64,000 bases of DNA. Source: an uncultured Synergistaceae bacterium. GTDB taxonomy: Bacteria; Synergistota; Synergistia; Synergistales; 79-D21. The notes below the pieces were generated by a model. It saw nothing but the letters and a program-made list of their open reading frames with translations. It ran no database searches and had not been told where the DNA came from. How positions within the stretch are numbered: position 1 is the first letter of the stretch; each line of letters opens with the position of its first letter. The stretch lies in NCBI GenBank assembly GCA_964521575.1, contig CAZFSR010000009.1, positions 10,055 to 74,054 of the forward strand. The letters run 5' to 3'. This document shows, piece after piece, positions 16,901 to 27,136 of the stretch. Position numbers and translations under genes: made by a program.

Positions 16901-19054
16901 ATGAACGAGGCCTATTACGAACGAATCGCGCGCGAGGCGGGGATCAGGGCGGGCCAGGTGAAGGCCGCCGCGGAGCTTCTGCAGGAAGGGGGCACGGTTC
17001 CCTTTATCGCCCGTTACCGCAAGGAGGCGACCGGAGCCCTGGACGAGGTTCAGATCGCCGCCGTGCGCGACCGGCTGGAGCAGCTGGCGGAGCTGGACAA
17101 GCGGCGCGAGGCGGTGATGAAGTCGCTGGCGGAGCGCGACCTGCTGACCGACGAGCTGAAGGCTTCCCTGGAGGCGGCCGAGACCCTGACACGGGTGGAA
17201 GACCTGTATCTTCCCTTCAGGCCCAAGCGCCGGACCCGGGCCTCGATCGCCGTCGAACGGGGGCTCGAACCGCTGGCCGACCTCCTGATGGAGGCTTCTG
17301 CCGGCTCCTCGGCCTGTCCGGATCCCGTCGCGGAGGCGGGCCGTTTCGTCGACCCGGAAAAAGGGGTACCCGACGCTGAATCCGCTCTTGCCGGGGCACG
17401 GGACATCGTGGCCGAAAAGGCGACCGAGGATCCCCGTGCCCGTCACGCCTTGCGCCTGCTCTTCGTCCGGAGGGGGACCTTCACGAGCCGGGTCGTGAAG
17501 GGCAAGGAGGAAGAAGGGGCCAAGTACCGCGACTACTTCGACTGGAACGAACCGGCCGTGAAGGCTCCGTCTCACCGGATACTGGCGGCCTTCAGGGGGG
17601 AGGCGGAAGGGTTCCTTTCCCTCTCCTTCATGCCCCCGGAGGGGGAGGCCCTGGCCGCCCTCGAGAGCCTTTTCCTGAAGGTGGACGGACCGGCCGCGGC
17701 CCAGGTGAAAGCGGCCCTTGCGGACGGCTACGCCCGGCTGGCGGGTCCCTCGATGGAAACGGAACTTCGGGGCGTGCTCAAAAAGAAAGCGGACGAGGCG
17801 GCGGTGGCGGTTTTCGCGCAAAACGTGCGCGAGGTGCTGATGGAATCGCCCCTGGGACAAAAGGCGGTCCTGGCGGTGGATCCCGGCATCCGCACCGGCT
17901 GCAAGCTCGCGGTGCTGGACGCGCAGGGCCGTCTTCTGGAAACCGCGGTTATCTACCCCCTCAGGGGGAAAGGCGACCTGGAGGGCGCGGCGCGAGTGGT
18001 GAAGGAACTCCTGTCGCGCCTCCCGGTCGAGGCGGTGGCGGTGGGAAACGGCACGGGGGGCCGTGAGACGGAGGATTTCCTCCGGGGCCTTGACTTGCCG
18101 GGCCGGCCCGTCGTGGTGCTGGTGAACGAGAGCGGGGCCTCGGTCTACTCAGCCTCCGAGGCGGCGCGCGAGGAGTTTCCGGACCAGGACCTGACGGTAA
18201 GGGGAGCCGTTTCCATCGGGCGCCGGCTGCAGGATCCCCTGGCGGAACTGGTGAAGATCGACCCGAAATCCATCGGCGTGGGGCAGTACCAGCACGACGT
18301 GGACCAGAAAATGCTGAAACGGGCGCTGGATGACGTGGTGAGCCTGTGCGTGAACCGCGTGGGAGTGGATGTGAACACCGCGAGCCGGCAGCTATTGACC
18401 GCGGTTTCCGGGGTGGGGCCGGCCCTGGCGGCCTCGATCGTGTCCTACCGGCAGGAGAACGGCCCTTTCAGGAGCCGGGCCGAGTTGCGAAAGGTCCCCA
18501 AGCTGGGACCCAAGGCCTTCACCCAGGCGGCGGGCTTCCTGCGGATCCGGGGCGGCACCGAACCCCTCGACGCCAGCGCCGTCCACCCGGAATCCTACGG
18601 GGTGGTCAGGTCGATGGCGAAGGACCTGGGCTGCACGGTGGCCGAGCTGATGGCCAACTCCAAACTGCGGAAGCGCATCGAGCCGGAGCGCTACCTGGGG
18701 GGCGATACGGGTTCGTACACGCTGAAAGACATTTTGGAAGAGCTGGACAAGCCGGGGCGCGATCCCCGGGCAACCTTCGATGCCGTGGAATTCTCCCCCG
18801 ACGTGAGGGAGATCGGCGACCTTCGCGAAGGGATGGAACTGGCGGGGGTGGTGACGAACGTGACGGCCTTCGGCGCCTTCGTCGACATCGGTGTGCACCA
18901 GGACGGGCTCGTGCACGTGAGCGAGCTGTCCGGACGGTTCGTGAAGAACCCTTCGGACGTGGTCCGGGCCGGCCAGAAGGTTCGGGTGCGGGTCATCTCG
19001 ATCGAGGCGGCGCGGAAGCGGATCGGCTTGTCGATGAAGGGCCTGTCTAGTTGA
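16901..19054 (+). CDS. tex: Tex-family RNA-binding transcriptional accessory protein (YqgF, HhH and S1 domains)
   Basis: GTVPFIARYRKE, DPGIRTGCK, GNGTGGRET, SIGVGQYQHD, C-terminal S1 domain. Confidence 0.95.
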   Translation: MNEAYYERIAREAGIRAGQVKAAAELLQEGGTVPFIARYRKEATGALDEVQIAAVRDRLEQLAELDKRREAVMKSLAERDLLTDELKASLEAAETLTRVEDLYLPFRPKRRTRASIAVERGLEPLADLLMEASAGSSACPDPVAEAGRFVDPEKGVPDAESALAGARDIVAEKATEDPRARHALRLLFVRRGTFTSRVVKGKEEEGAKYRDYFDWNEPAVKAPSHRILAAFRGEAEGFLSLSFMPPEGEALAALESLFLKVDGPAAAQVKAALADGYARLAGPSMETELRGVLKKKADEAAVAVFAQNVREVLMESPLGQKAVLAVDPGIRTGCKLAVLDAQGRLLETAVIYPLRGKGDLEGAARVVKELLSRLPVEAVAVGNGTGGRETEDFLRGLDLPGRPVVVLVNESGASVYSASEAAREEFPDQDLTVRGAVSIGRRLQDPLAELVKIDPKSIGVGQYQHDVDQKMLKRALDDVVSLCVNRVGVDVNTASRQLLTAVSGVGPALAASIVSYRQENGPFRSRAELRKVPKLGPKAFTQAAGFLRIRGGTEPLDASAVHPESYGVVRSMAKDLGCTVAELMANSKLRKRIEPERYLGGDTGSYTLKDILEELDKPGRDPRATFDAVEFSPDVREIGDLREGMELAGVVTNVTAFGAFVDIGVHQDGLVHVSELSGRFVKNPSDVVRAGQKVRVRVISIEAARKRIGLSMKGLSS

Positions 19055-19496
19055 GGATGATCCCGGAGAGCTTTTCCTTCGCTTTCTCGCATTCCAGGGC
19101 GAAATCCTGGGGTTTCGACGTCCAGAAAGCCTTCCGGGTTGACCACTCGCGGCGGAAGTTGCGCAGCCACTCCCCCTTGAAGTGGTCTTCGAGGGGATCC
19201 AGGGCGGAGGCAGACGGGGCGCAGAAAACAAAACCGCCGGTCATGTCCTTCAGGCGAAGTGCCCAGGGGCGCACGAGGACGAACGGGTCACCGCCCTGAG
19301 TATTGTTCCTCGCCCAGAGCGTGACGGCGTCGGTGGCGAGGGCCATGCAGTTGGCGACGATGTATTCCGGGTTGCTGAAGAAGATCTCGGCCTCGATCCT
19401 CTCCCGCGGATCAAGGATCAGCTGCAGGGCAAGGGTGTGTCCCGGAACGGGAAACCCCGCAAGGGTGTCTCTTTCGACCGTAATGTTCAATCGCAT
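19047..19496 (-). CDS. hypothetical protein
   Basis: 149-codon ORF with GGAAGGGG RBS, convergent on tex; no family recognised. Confidence 0.55.
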   Translation of the reverse strand: MRLNITVERDTLAGFPVPGHTLALQLILDPRERIEAEIFFSNPEYIVANCMALATDAVTLWARNNTQGGDPFVLVRPWALRLKDMTGGFVFCAPSASALDPLEDHFKGEWLRNFRREWSTRKAFWTSKPQDFALECEKAKEKLSGIILN

Positions 19497-19779
19497 CAGC
19501 CCCTTCCAGGGGAAAATGAACTCCAAGACAAAAAATAAACGATGTTACCCAGTAAATTATAGCCGAGCCTTTCTGTAAATCAAGCAAATAACTTTAAAAA
19601 ATAGCCCTGTATAAGTAAAAAGATTTTAGAGTGTAAATTTCCAAACCCGTTCATGCCGTGCTTTTTTCGATTTTTAAAGGGGGCGTGAACTTTGCCCCCC
19701 GGCAACCCGCTGAACCGTGGGAAAAATCCGAAGAAATTAAACGAAATATCGTGCATACAATCAGGAAGGGGGCTTACCC

Positions 19780-20961
19780 TTGCTTTCAATCCAGGAACTG
19801 CAGGGACACATGGAACGCTTTCTCGACGAAAGGGCCGGCGAGATGGGGGCGTTCAGCGATTTTCTCGGCCGCCACCCGGAACTTCCGGCCAAGGAGTATG
19901 AAAGCAGCCGGCTTTTCGTCGAAACCCTGAGGAAAGAGGGGTTCGAGGTCGAGTTCCCCTTCCTGGGGATCGAAACGGCCTTCATGGCGAAAAAACGGCG
20001 CGGCAAAGGGGGAATCGTGGCCCTCCTGGCCGAGTACGACGCCCTGCCGGAGATCGGGCACGCTTGCGGCCACAGCCTTCACGGGACGTTGTCGCTCTAC
20101 GCGGGGCTTGCCCTGGGGCGGATCGTGGAGGAAACGGGGGGCGAGGTCTGGGTCGTGGGAACCCCCGCTGAGGAGGAGGACGGCGCGAAGAGTCCCATGG
20201 CAGACGCCGGCGTGTTCGACGGCGTGGACCTGGCGATGATGTTCCACGCTTCCGGAGGGTGCTCCTGGACCGATTACCGGTCTCTTGCCCTGCACGGCTA
20301 CGATTTCACCTTCCGGGGAAGGACGGCTCATGCCGCGGCGGCACCCTGGGACGGCAGGAATGCCTTGAACGGCTTGAAGCTTTTCATGGTCGCGATGGAC
20401 ATGCTGCGGCAGCACGCCCGCCCCGAGACCCGCATGAACGGAGTGATCACGAACGGCGGTTCCGCGGTCAACGTAATTCCCGACCACGCGGTCTGCCGCG
20501 TGGAAGTTCGCGCGCCCGAAAAGGCGGGGCTGGACGAGTTGATGGAACAGGTGTTTGACTGCGCCCGCGGGGCGGCGTTGGCCACCGGGACCTCCGTGGA
20601 GTGGGCCAGGTTCCTTCAGAGTTTCGACGACATGCGCCCTAACCCGGCCGCCGAGGGACTCGCGAGAGAAATGCTCGAGGCCCATGGGTTTCCCTGTGTC
20701 GCAGGTCCCGGCGCGAGCGGGTCGACGGACGTGGGCAACGTTTCCTACCGGTGCCCGGCGATCCAGCCCATGATGGCCATCACGGAAAAGCCGCTTGTCC
20801 TCCACACGAAGGCTTTTGCGGAGGCCACCTTCACGCCGGAGGCCCACGATGCCCTGCTGCGCGGGGCGAAGGCCCTAGCGGCCACGGGCCTGCACGTGCT
20901 GGCCGATCCAGCCGTCCGTGAACGCATCCATGCCGATTTTGCGAAAAGCGCTCCGCGTTGA
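19780..20961 (+). CDS. M20 family amidohydrolase (ACY1L2/AbgB-like)
   Basis: AEYDALP, GHACGH, GTPAEE, GSTDVGNVS. Confidence 0.88.
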   Translation: MLSIQELQGHMERFLDERAGEMGAFSDFLGRHPELPAKEYESSRLFVETLRKEGFEVEFPFLGIETAFMAKKRRGKGGIVALLAEYDALPEIGHACGHSLHGTLSLYAGLALGRIVEETGGEVWVVGTPAEEEDGAKSPMADAGVFDGVDLAMMFHASGGCSWTDYRSLALHGYDFTFRGRTAHAAAAPWDGRNALNGLKLFMVAMDMLRQHARPETRMNGVITNGGSAVNVIPDHAVCRVEVRAPEKAGLDELMEQVFDCARGAALATGTSVEWARFLQSFDDMRPNPAAEGLAREMLEAHGFPCVAGPGASGSTDVGNVSYRCPAIQPMMAITEKPLVLHTKAFAEATFTPEAHDALLRGAKALAATGLHVLADPAVRERIHADFAKSAPR

Positions 20962-22012
20962 ATTCTTGACGGCGATCCTGGTCTACACCCTGGTTTCTGG
21001 GTGTAGACCGGCCGTGGCCGGAGGCCCCGTGATCCTGGCGTGGGACCACGTCCGGTCGGAGCCTCCCAACCTGGCAGTGGATCCCCCAAACCCGGTGGTG
21101 ACCGTTCTTTCCCCAACCTGGTTCTCGCTTTCCGCCCCCGACGGGACGGTGGCATCCAAGGCCGACCCCGCTTACGCCACCGAGGCGAAGAAACGCGGGA
21201 TACGGGTGGAGCCGCTGTTCTCGAACGGCTTCGATCCCGAACGCACGAAGGCGTTCTTGTCCGACCCGGCGGCGAGGGCCCGCTCCGTTGCCCGCATGAA
21301 CAGGTTCTGCCGGGAGCTCGGGCTGGACGGCATCAACATCGATTTCGAGAACGTGTTCGACGATGACCGCGACCGGCTCACTTCCTACGTGTCGGAGCTT
21401 ACCGGCGCCTTGCGGGCTTCCGGGCTCCGCGTTTCGATCGACGTGACGGTGATCTCCGAGAAGCCCAACTGGTCCGCCTGCTACGACCGTGAGGCCCTGG
21501 GCAGGATCGTCGACGCCGTGGTGCTGATGGCCTACGACGAGAACTGGAGGGGCGGACCGGTGAGCGGGCCGGTGGCTTCCATCGGTTGGGTGGAGCGCTC
21601 CGTCGCGGAGTTGGCTGCCCTCGTGCCGCCAGGGAAGATATGGCTTGGAATTCCGTTCTACACGAGGGAATGGGAGGAAAGTTTCCTCGAAGGAGCTTGG
21701 AAAAAAACGGGAGCACGGGCGCTATCCATGACGGAAGCGGAGGTCCGCCTTGCGGAAAACAGGGCGGCGGTCAGCTGGGACGGCGAGGCAGGGGCCCACT
21801 ACGGGGAGTATCTAAAGGCAGGGAAGCGCTACCGGATCTGGCTGGAGGACGAGCGCTCCCTGGGTCTCAAGGTCGCCGTGGCCGGGCGCTACGGCTTGGG
21901 AGGGCTGGCCGCCTGGAGGCGCGGGTTCGAAAAGCCCTCCGCATGGAACGTCCTCCAGGGCCTGAAGGGTGAGGCTAGAGCCTGGCAAATGCCCGGATAC
22001 TCAACCCCTTAG
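20918..22012 (+). CDS. secreted GH18 glycoside hydrolase (YaaH/YdhD-like)
   Basis: DGINIDFE motif, VLMAYDE, LGIPFYTREW, AAWRRGFE; hydrophobic N-terminus; exact start uncertain. Confidence 0.8.
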   Translation: MNASMPILRKALRVEFLTAILVYTLVSGCRPAVAGGPVILAWDHVRSEPPNLAVDPPNPVVTVLSPTWFSLSAPDGTVASKADPAYATEAKKRGIRVEPLFSNGFDPERTKAFLSDPAARARSVARMNRFCRELGLDGINIDFENVFDDDRDRLTSYVSELTGALRASGLRVSIDVTVISEKPNWSACYDREALGRIVDAVVLMAYDENWRGGPVSGPVASIGWVERSVAELAALVPPGKIWLGIPFYTREWEESFLEGAWKKTGARALSMTEAEVRLAENRAAVSWDGEAGAHYGEYLKAGKRYRIWLEDERSLGLKVAVAGRYGLGGLAAWRRGFEKPSAWNVLQGLKGEARAWQMPGYSTP

Positions 22013-22316
22013 CTGCGCATGAGACCGGAGTAAACCTGGCTTGAAGAGATGCGCTGGCGAAGATCCCGGCTCAAGGGCTGAAGCGTGCAGGGGGACAGCC
22101 CGGGGTTCCCGAATGTGAAAAAACGGGTATTCACATCATCGATATGGAGCGGTTGTTGCGAAATCCGCAGGGCTTAGTTCGGGATTCCCGTTTTCATGCG
22201 AGCGGTGAACATTGACTCCCCCTTCCTGCATGCTTCTTTGCATACTATACACGACTTTTCCCGGCATGTAGAATCGATAAAGACTGTCCTCATCCTGGGA
22301 GGTCTGCAGCAAGACG

Positions 22317-23483
22317 ATGCGATGTCTTTATATTACGCCTTTCAACCCCTATCCCGCCCGGTCGGGAGGAGCCCTGTTGACCGACCTGATGCTGCGCAGC
22401 ATCGGGGAAAGGGGGCCGGTGGATGTCGCGACATTCGGGGATTCCACCGACTATTCTCCTTACGCAGGTTTCGTGCGCGTTTTTCCTCTCGCCAAGAATC
22501 CCCTCTACCGTTTCCGTGCCCTTTTTGGAGAATACCCGGAATCCCTCGAGCGGCACACGGATTCAGCCTTCCGGGAAGTTTTTTCTGCGGGGGACTACAC
22601 CCATGTTTTCTGTGACAGTTTCACTCCCGTGCTCAACCTTGCACGGATCCCGGGGCTGCTCGGACAGGGAGGTCCCCTCAAGACGCTGCTGCTGAGCCAC
22701 AATCTCGAGAGCCAGGTGGAACGCGAGAACATCCTGTACGATGCGGGACGCTTCTCCTGGCATAAACGGAAAATACTGGAGAGGGACGTGGAGCGGATGG
22801 AAAGGGCGGAAGCTTCTTTTGTTCCTCTTTTCGACCAGGTCCTTTCTGTTTCGGGATATGAAAGCCGCATCATGGCCTGCCGATACGGGTGCGGTAACCT
22901 GAAGACCTTGCCTCTATCCTTCCCCCGCAGGAAGGCCTGGAGCGCGGAAGGCCGAAAACCCGGCACGATCCTTTTCGCCGGGTCGATGTGGTGGCTGCCG
23001 AACCGTCATGGCCTTGCCTGGTTTTTTGAAAATTGCTGGGAAACGGTTCTCGCAGCCTGCCCGGGAGCCCGCATCGTGCTTGCCGGCAACGACAAGACGG
23101 GCTTCGCCCGCGAGATGGCCGGACGTTACCGGAATGTCGCGGCTACAGGCTATGTGGAGGACATCGAACCCTTTTTCGCTGAGGCTTCCGTCTTTGTCCT
23201 TCCTCTCCTGATCGGCACGGGCATCAAGATCAAGCTGCTGGAGGCGCTGGGCTGGGGACTTCCTGTCGTCTCAACCTCCAAGGGGGTTGAGGGGACTGTC
23301 GGTTTCATGGATGGCCGGCATGCCCTGGTCTGCGATTCTCCTCGAGATTTCGCGGAAGGCGTCATTCGCCTGCTCGCGGACCCCGGGCTGAGGGAGCGGA
23401 TGGGTCGCGAAGGGCTCGCCCTGACGGAGTCGAACCGCAAGGCATTTGAATCCATGCTTGACGAGGTGTTTTCCGATGGTTGA
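22317..23483 (+). CDS. glycosyltransferase family 4
   Basis: FAGSMWWLPN, GTGIKIKLLEALGWGLPVVST. Confidence 0.85.
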   Translation: MRCLYITPFNPYPARSGGALLTDLMLRSIGERGPVDVATFGDSTDYSPYAGFVRVFPLAKNPLYRFRALFGEYPESLERHTDSAFREVFSAGDYTHVFCDSFTPVLNLARIPGLLGQGGPLKTLLLSHNLESQVERENILYDAGRFSWHKRKILERDVERMERAEASFVPLFDQVLSVSGYESRIMACRYGCGNLKTLPLSFPRRKAWSAEGRKPGTILFAGSMWWLPNRHGLAWFFENCWETVLAACPGARIVLAGNDKTGFAREMAGRYRNVAATGYVEDIEPFFAEASVFVLPLLIGTGIKIKLLEALGWGLPVVSTSKGVEGTVGFMDGRHALVCDSPRDFAEGVIRLLADPGLRERMGREGLALTESNRKAFESMLDEVFSDG

Positions 23484-24417
23484 CGACAAACCGATGCAGA
23501 TCTTTTTTTCCTCGGACGGGAATTACGCCCCGCATCTTGCTGCAGCGGTCGCTTCCATTGTCGAAAACGCGGAACCGGATGACCGGCTGTCTTTTCAGAT
23601 CCTCGATTGCGGTCTTTCTTCCGGAGCCAGGGGGGCCATCTCCGAGATTGCAGGCCGACGTGGATTCCCGGTCCGTTTCATTGAGCCGCTGCCGGAAATG
23701 CGGCTATTCGCCGAACAAGTTGCGACGCCCATGCCGGACAACGTTCTGCCCGACCTGACCTATTACCGGTTGATGGCCGGCTCCCTTTTCCCGGAACTGG
23801 ACCGGCTGATTTATCTCGATTGCGATCTCATCGTCAGGAAAAGCCTGAAGAGTCTCTGGGAGACTTCTCTGGACGGCAGGATGCTCGGGGCGGTAGAGGA
23901 TCAGGGCAGGGATGAAAAACTAGCCAATGAAAAGCGCCTGCTGGGAGCGAATTTCTACATGAACTCGGGCGTCCTTCTCTTTGACCTCGAAGCCTGGCGG
24001 ACCCGAGAGGCGGAACGGCGGTTTGTCGACTACGCCAGGACATCGAGTCACATCCCGAGGTGCTGGCATGACCAAAGCCTTCTCAACGCGGTACTCTGGA
24101 AAGAGGTGCTTTCCCTCGACAGGACTTGGAACGCGATGGTCAGCACGCGTGAGGGAATACCCGACAATCCTGCAATCGTCCACTACACCTACTCGAAACC
24201 CTGGAAGTACCGGTACAGGCACGTTCCGTTCGCGGCGGACTACTGGAAATACAGGAAAAAGACCCTTTGGGGAAACAGGGGTGCGCTGGAGGAGATAAAA
24301 CGCCGATTCCTGTCTGAGCGCACCAGGGAAGCCTGGCGACACCCCAAGCAGGTCATAAAAGCGGCTTTGGGCCTGGAGCCTTGGGAAGCCGCGCTTCCGG
24401 AAGGGCTGGAGGGCTGA
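23476..24417 (+). CDS. glycosyltransferase family 8
   Basis: YYRL, LIYLDCD, YMNSGVLL, HDQSLLN, IVHYT. Confidence 0.88.
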   Translation: MVDDKPMQIFFSSDGNYAPHLAAAVASIVENAEPDDRLSFQILDCGLSSGARGAISEIAGRRGFPVRFIEPLPEMRLFAEQVATPMPDNVLPDLTYYRLMAGSLFPELDRLIYLDCDLIVRKSLKSLWETSLDGRMLGAVEDQGRDEKLANEKRLLGANFYMNSGVLLFDLEAWRTREAERRFVDYARTSSHIPRCWHDQSLLNAVLWKEVLSLDRTWNAMVSTREGIPDNPAIVHYTYSKPWKYRYRHVPFAADYWKYRKKTLWGNRGALEEIKRRFLSERTREAWRHPKQVIKAALGLEPWEAALPEGLEG

Positions 24418-25368
24418 ATGGGAACCTCCTTGAAGGTCAGCGTGATCATTCCCATGTACAACGCTGCGGACACGATCTTTTTCCCCTTGAGAGCCCTTGC
24501 AGGCCAGACTCTGCCTCCCGGTTCCATGGAGGTTATCCTGGTGGACGACGGCTCGACGGATGCCTCCGTAAAAATAGCGGAGAAGCAGCTGGAAGGGGTG
24601 TCCTTCAAATGGCGAATTTTGCGGGGTGCCCGAGGGGGGGTGGCCCATGCCCGAAACAGGGGAATTGCCCTGGCACAAGGGGAGAACATCTTCTTTCTCG
24701 ATGCCGACGACAGCCTTCCGCCGGATTTTCTGGGAACGGTCCTGGAAGGGATGGAAAACAAGGAGGCTGACCTGGCCTGGATATGGAAGGTCATGAACCC
24801 GGCGGAGTTTTCCGCTTTCAGGAAACACCCGATGGGGTTGCATCAAGCAGGGCTCAAATGCCTGGAAGCCTTTCTGCGTGAGCCGAAAAACGCCCAGGTC
24901 ATGGTCCGCAGAAGTCTCCTCGATTCGACGGGGATTCGCTACACGGAGGGCCTGGCCTACGGAGAGGACTTCGACATTTTCGTCCGGCTTCTCCTGGATG
25001 CTCGCCTCGTTCACGTCGAGGACCGGACCTTCTACATCTACAGGGAGCATGCCCGCCAGGTAACTCGCAACATCAACCGGTTGGAGGCGAGGCAGTCAAT
25101 CGACCGGACGTTCCGGCGCCTGTACTTCTACCTGCTGGAAAGGGAAGCTCCCGAAGCCGTATTGCTGGAGATGAGGCTCCATACGGCGAAGGCCAGGATC
25201 AATCTCCTGCGGGAGGCCCGCAGGAGAAACAGGATTGATCTGTTCGAACAGCTGGTCGGCAGTTGCGAGACAGAAGAGGCGATCCGGCTTGCGGGCAAGG
25301 GGCTGTTGCCGGTTAAATGGCAAATTCGGGCCGTGATGATCGACCTGGCAAGGCTGATGAAGATCTGA
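24418..25368 (+). CDS. glycosyltransferase family 2
   Basis: VSVIIPMYN, VDDGSTD, ARNRG, FLDADD, GED. Confidence 0.88.
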   Translation: MGTSLKVSVIIPMYNAADTIFFPLRALAGQTLPPGSMEVILVDDGSTDASVKIAEKQLEGVSFKWRILRGARGGVAHARNRGIALAQGENIFFLDADDSLPPDFLGTVLEGMENKEADLAWIWKVMNPAEFSAFRKHPMGLHQAGLKCLEAFLREPKNAQVMVRRSLLDSTGIRYTEGLAYGEDFDIFVRLLLDARLVHVEDRTFYIYREHARQVTRNINRLEARQSIDRTFRRLYFYLLEREAPEAVLLEMRLHTAKARINLLREARRRNRIDLFEQLVGSCETEEAIRLAGKGLLPVKWQIRAVMIDLARLMKI

Positions 25369-25386
25369 GAATATTGTTGCCTTTCA

Positions 25387-27036
25387 TTAGAAGACCGCGA
25401 GTCGGGGCGCTCCGTATGGGGGAGGGTCCGTCTTCAGGCAGGAATCCTCCCAGATGGAAAGCACGGCGAGGTTCATGATGGCTCCGCTGGTTTCCCACAC
25501 CGGTTTTTTCAGGAGCGGCAGGACTTCCGGGGAAAGTGCCGAGGGTGCCGGCCGCTTTTCGAAGAAGCCCGCAAGAGGGCCGGTGGTAAGATAGCGGGTC
25601 CGCGGCACCCCGTTGCCTCCCTTGGGAAGGTCCGCCGGGAAGCCGGGCACCCTGGCCTTCAGGATGTTCCTCAGCACGGCCTTGAGAGGGGTTCCTGCAG
25701 GAGAGCGGCTGCTGATCGGAAGTGCCCAGGCCGCCCGGAGGATGTCCCGCTGGGCTAAGGGGCAGAGCAGGGATTTCCCGTGGGCGATGGCCTGCTGCCG
25801 GTAATGGTGCCTCCAGTACGGCTGTCCCAGGACGAACGCGATATGTCCCCATTCCGCCGTGAGGTCGAAGGACGGAGGCAGCCGGTGCAGGTCTCCGGTT
25901 AACTCCAGGAGGTAGACGTGCCGATCGTGCAGGCGCCCGGACACCAAATCTGCTCCCAAAAGCGGCACGGCTGCCGGGGCGCCAGAGAACAGGCCCATCG
26001 TACCAAGCCTTCTGGCCAGTCCGCCTTCCGGGAAAAGCTGTTCTTTTAGTCCCTCCCACGCATCCGGTTCGTCCAGGCTCCCTTCCACATGCCGGTAACC
26101 GAACAGGGAGTCGGCCATGTCGCCTGTACAGTAGGCGGCGTGTTCGGTCCGGAACAGCGTTTCCTGGAACAGTCCCTGGTAGTTGGGGAAGGGAACGGGG
26201 ACACCCGCGTTGCGGACGGTATCGGCGATTGCTTCGATGAACCGCTCGTCGGAGAAGGGGATTTCCCGCACTCTCCGAAGGCCGAGGATATCGGCACCCC
26301 GTCTTGCGATTTCGTGTTCAGGGGCCAGTTCTCCGGGCGGCGCGAGCGCGATGAGGGCTTCGGTGCACGGGTCGAGGAAGGAGCCCAGCAGGCTCGAATC
26401 GACCCCCCCTGAAAAGAGCAGGGCCAGGCCGGGCTTTCCGCGCAGGGGTTCCATGACCCGCTCAAGCGCCTCTTGCAAAGTGGGCCATGGCGTTTCCGCG
26501 AGCAGGTCGGCCAGGGTTTCCGCGACGAGGCGGACCGGGGTTGCGCTTCCCGCTTTCCATTCCCGGATGGCCCCGTTGGGAACGCGGGAGATTGCGGGGA
26601 TGTATGTGCGGTCGTCGATCGGGCAGAGGGTCAGGAGGTAGTCGGCGATGCCGGGAAGGCCGAGACGCCTTTCCTCCGGGGGAAGGAGGGCGACGGCATC
26701 CCTGTAGAAATCGGTGAGGGTGAGCCGGCCGCAGGCGTCCCGGAGACAGAAAAGCTCGAAGCCGGAAGAAAGGCTGCTGAACGCGACAATGTGGTCGGCC
26801 GATAACCGCGGGACAAAGACTCCCGTGACCTCCGGGTAAAGGGCGCAGAGTTTTCGGACGAGAGCAGGGGTGTCGCCGCCGGGTTCCAGCAAGGAAGCCG
26901 CTCGGGAAGGGGATTGCCCCCACGGAAGCCAGAGAATCCAGGTTCCATGGGGTGTCTCGAGTCGGTGGGCGTCCGGGCTGAAAGCCCGTATGCATGGGCG
27001 TGGCTGCTGCCGTTTCGGCTCTTCCTTGTCGGGCAT
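25387..27036 (-). CDS. asparagine-synthase-like ATP-dependent amide ligase with a degenerate glutaminase domain
   Basis: FSGGVDSS PP-loop, TGDMADSLFG, LCPL, LKAVLR; no N-terminal Cys2. Confidence 0.7.
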   Translation of the reverse strand: MPDKEEPKRQQPRPCIRAFSPDAHRLETPHGTWILWLPWGQSPSRAASLLEPGGDTPALVRKLCALYPEVTGVFVPRLSADHIVAFSSLSSGFELFCLRDACGRLTLTDFYRDAVALLPPEERRLGLPGIADYLLTLCPIDDRTYIPAISRVPNGAIREWKAGSATPVRLVAETLADLLAETPWPTLQEALERVMEPLRGKPGLALLFSGGVDSSLLGSFLDPCTEALIALAPPGELAPEHEIARRGADILGLRRVREIPFSDERFIEAIADTVRNAGVPVPFPNYQGLFQETLFRTEHAAYCTGDMADSLFGYRHVEGSLDEPDAWEGLKEQLFPEGGLARRLGTMGLFSGAPAAVPLLGADLVSGRLHDRHVYLLELTGDLHRLPPSFDLTAEWGHIAFVLGQPYWRHHYRQQAIAHGKSLLCPLAQRDILRAAWALPISSRSPAGTPLKAVLRNILKARVPGFPADLPKGGNGVPRTRYLTTGPLAGFFEKRPAPSALSPEVLPLLKKPVWETSGAIMNLAVLSIWEDSCLKTDPPPYGAPRLAVF

Positions 27037-27136
27037 CCGATCTCCTCCCTCGATCCGCCTATTTTATCCCTTGAAGAACGGGGGCCGGCAAAACGCCGGC
27101 CCCCCACTCTTTCACCCGATTGGCGTCTCCTGGCGC

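Noticed and set aside
25387-27136. Lasso-peptide cluster around the AsnB-like gene
   Set aside because: No precursor, B1/B2 peptidase or exporter is visible nearby
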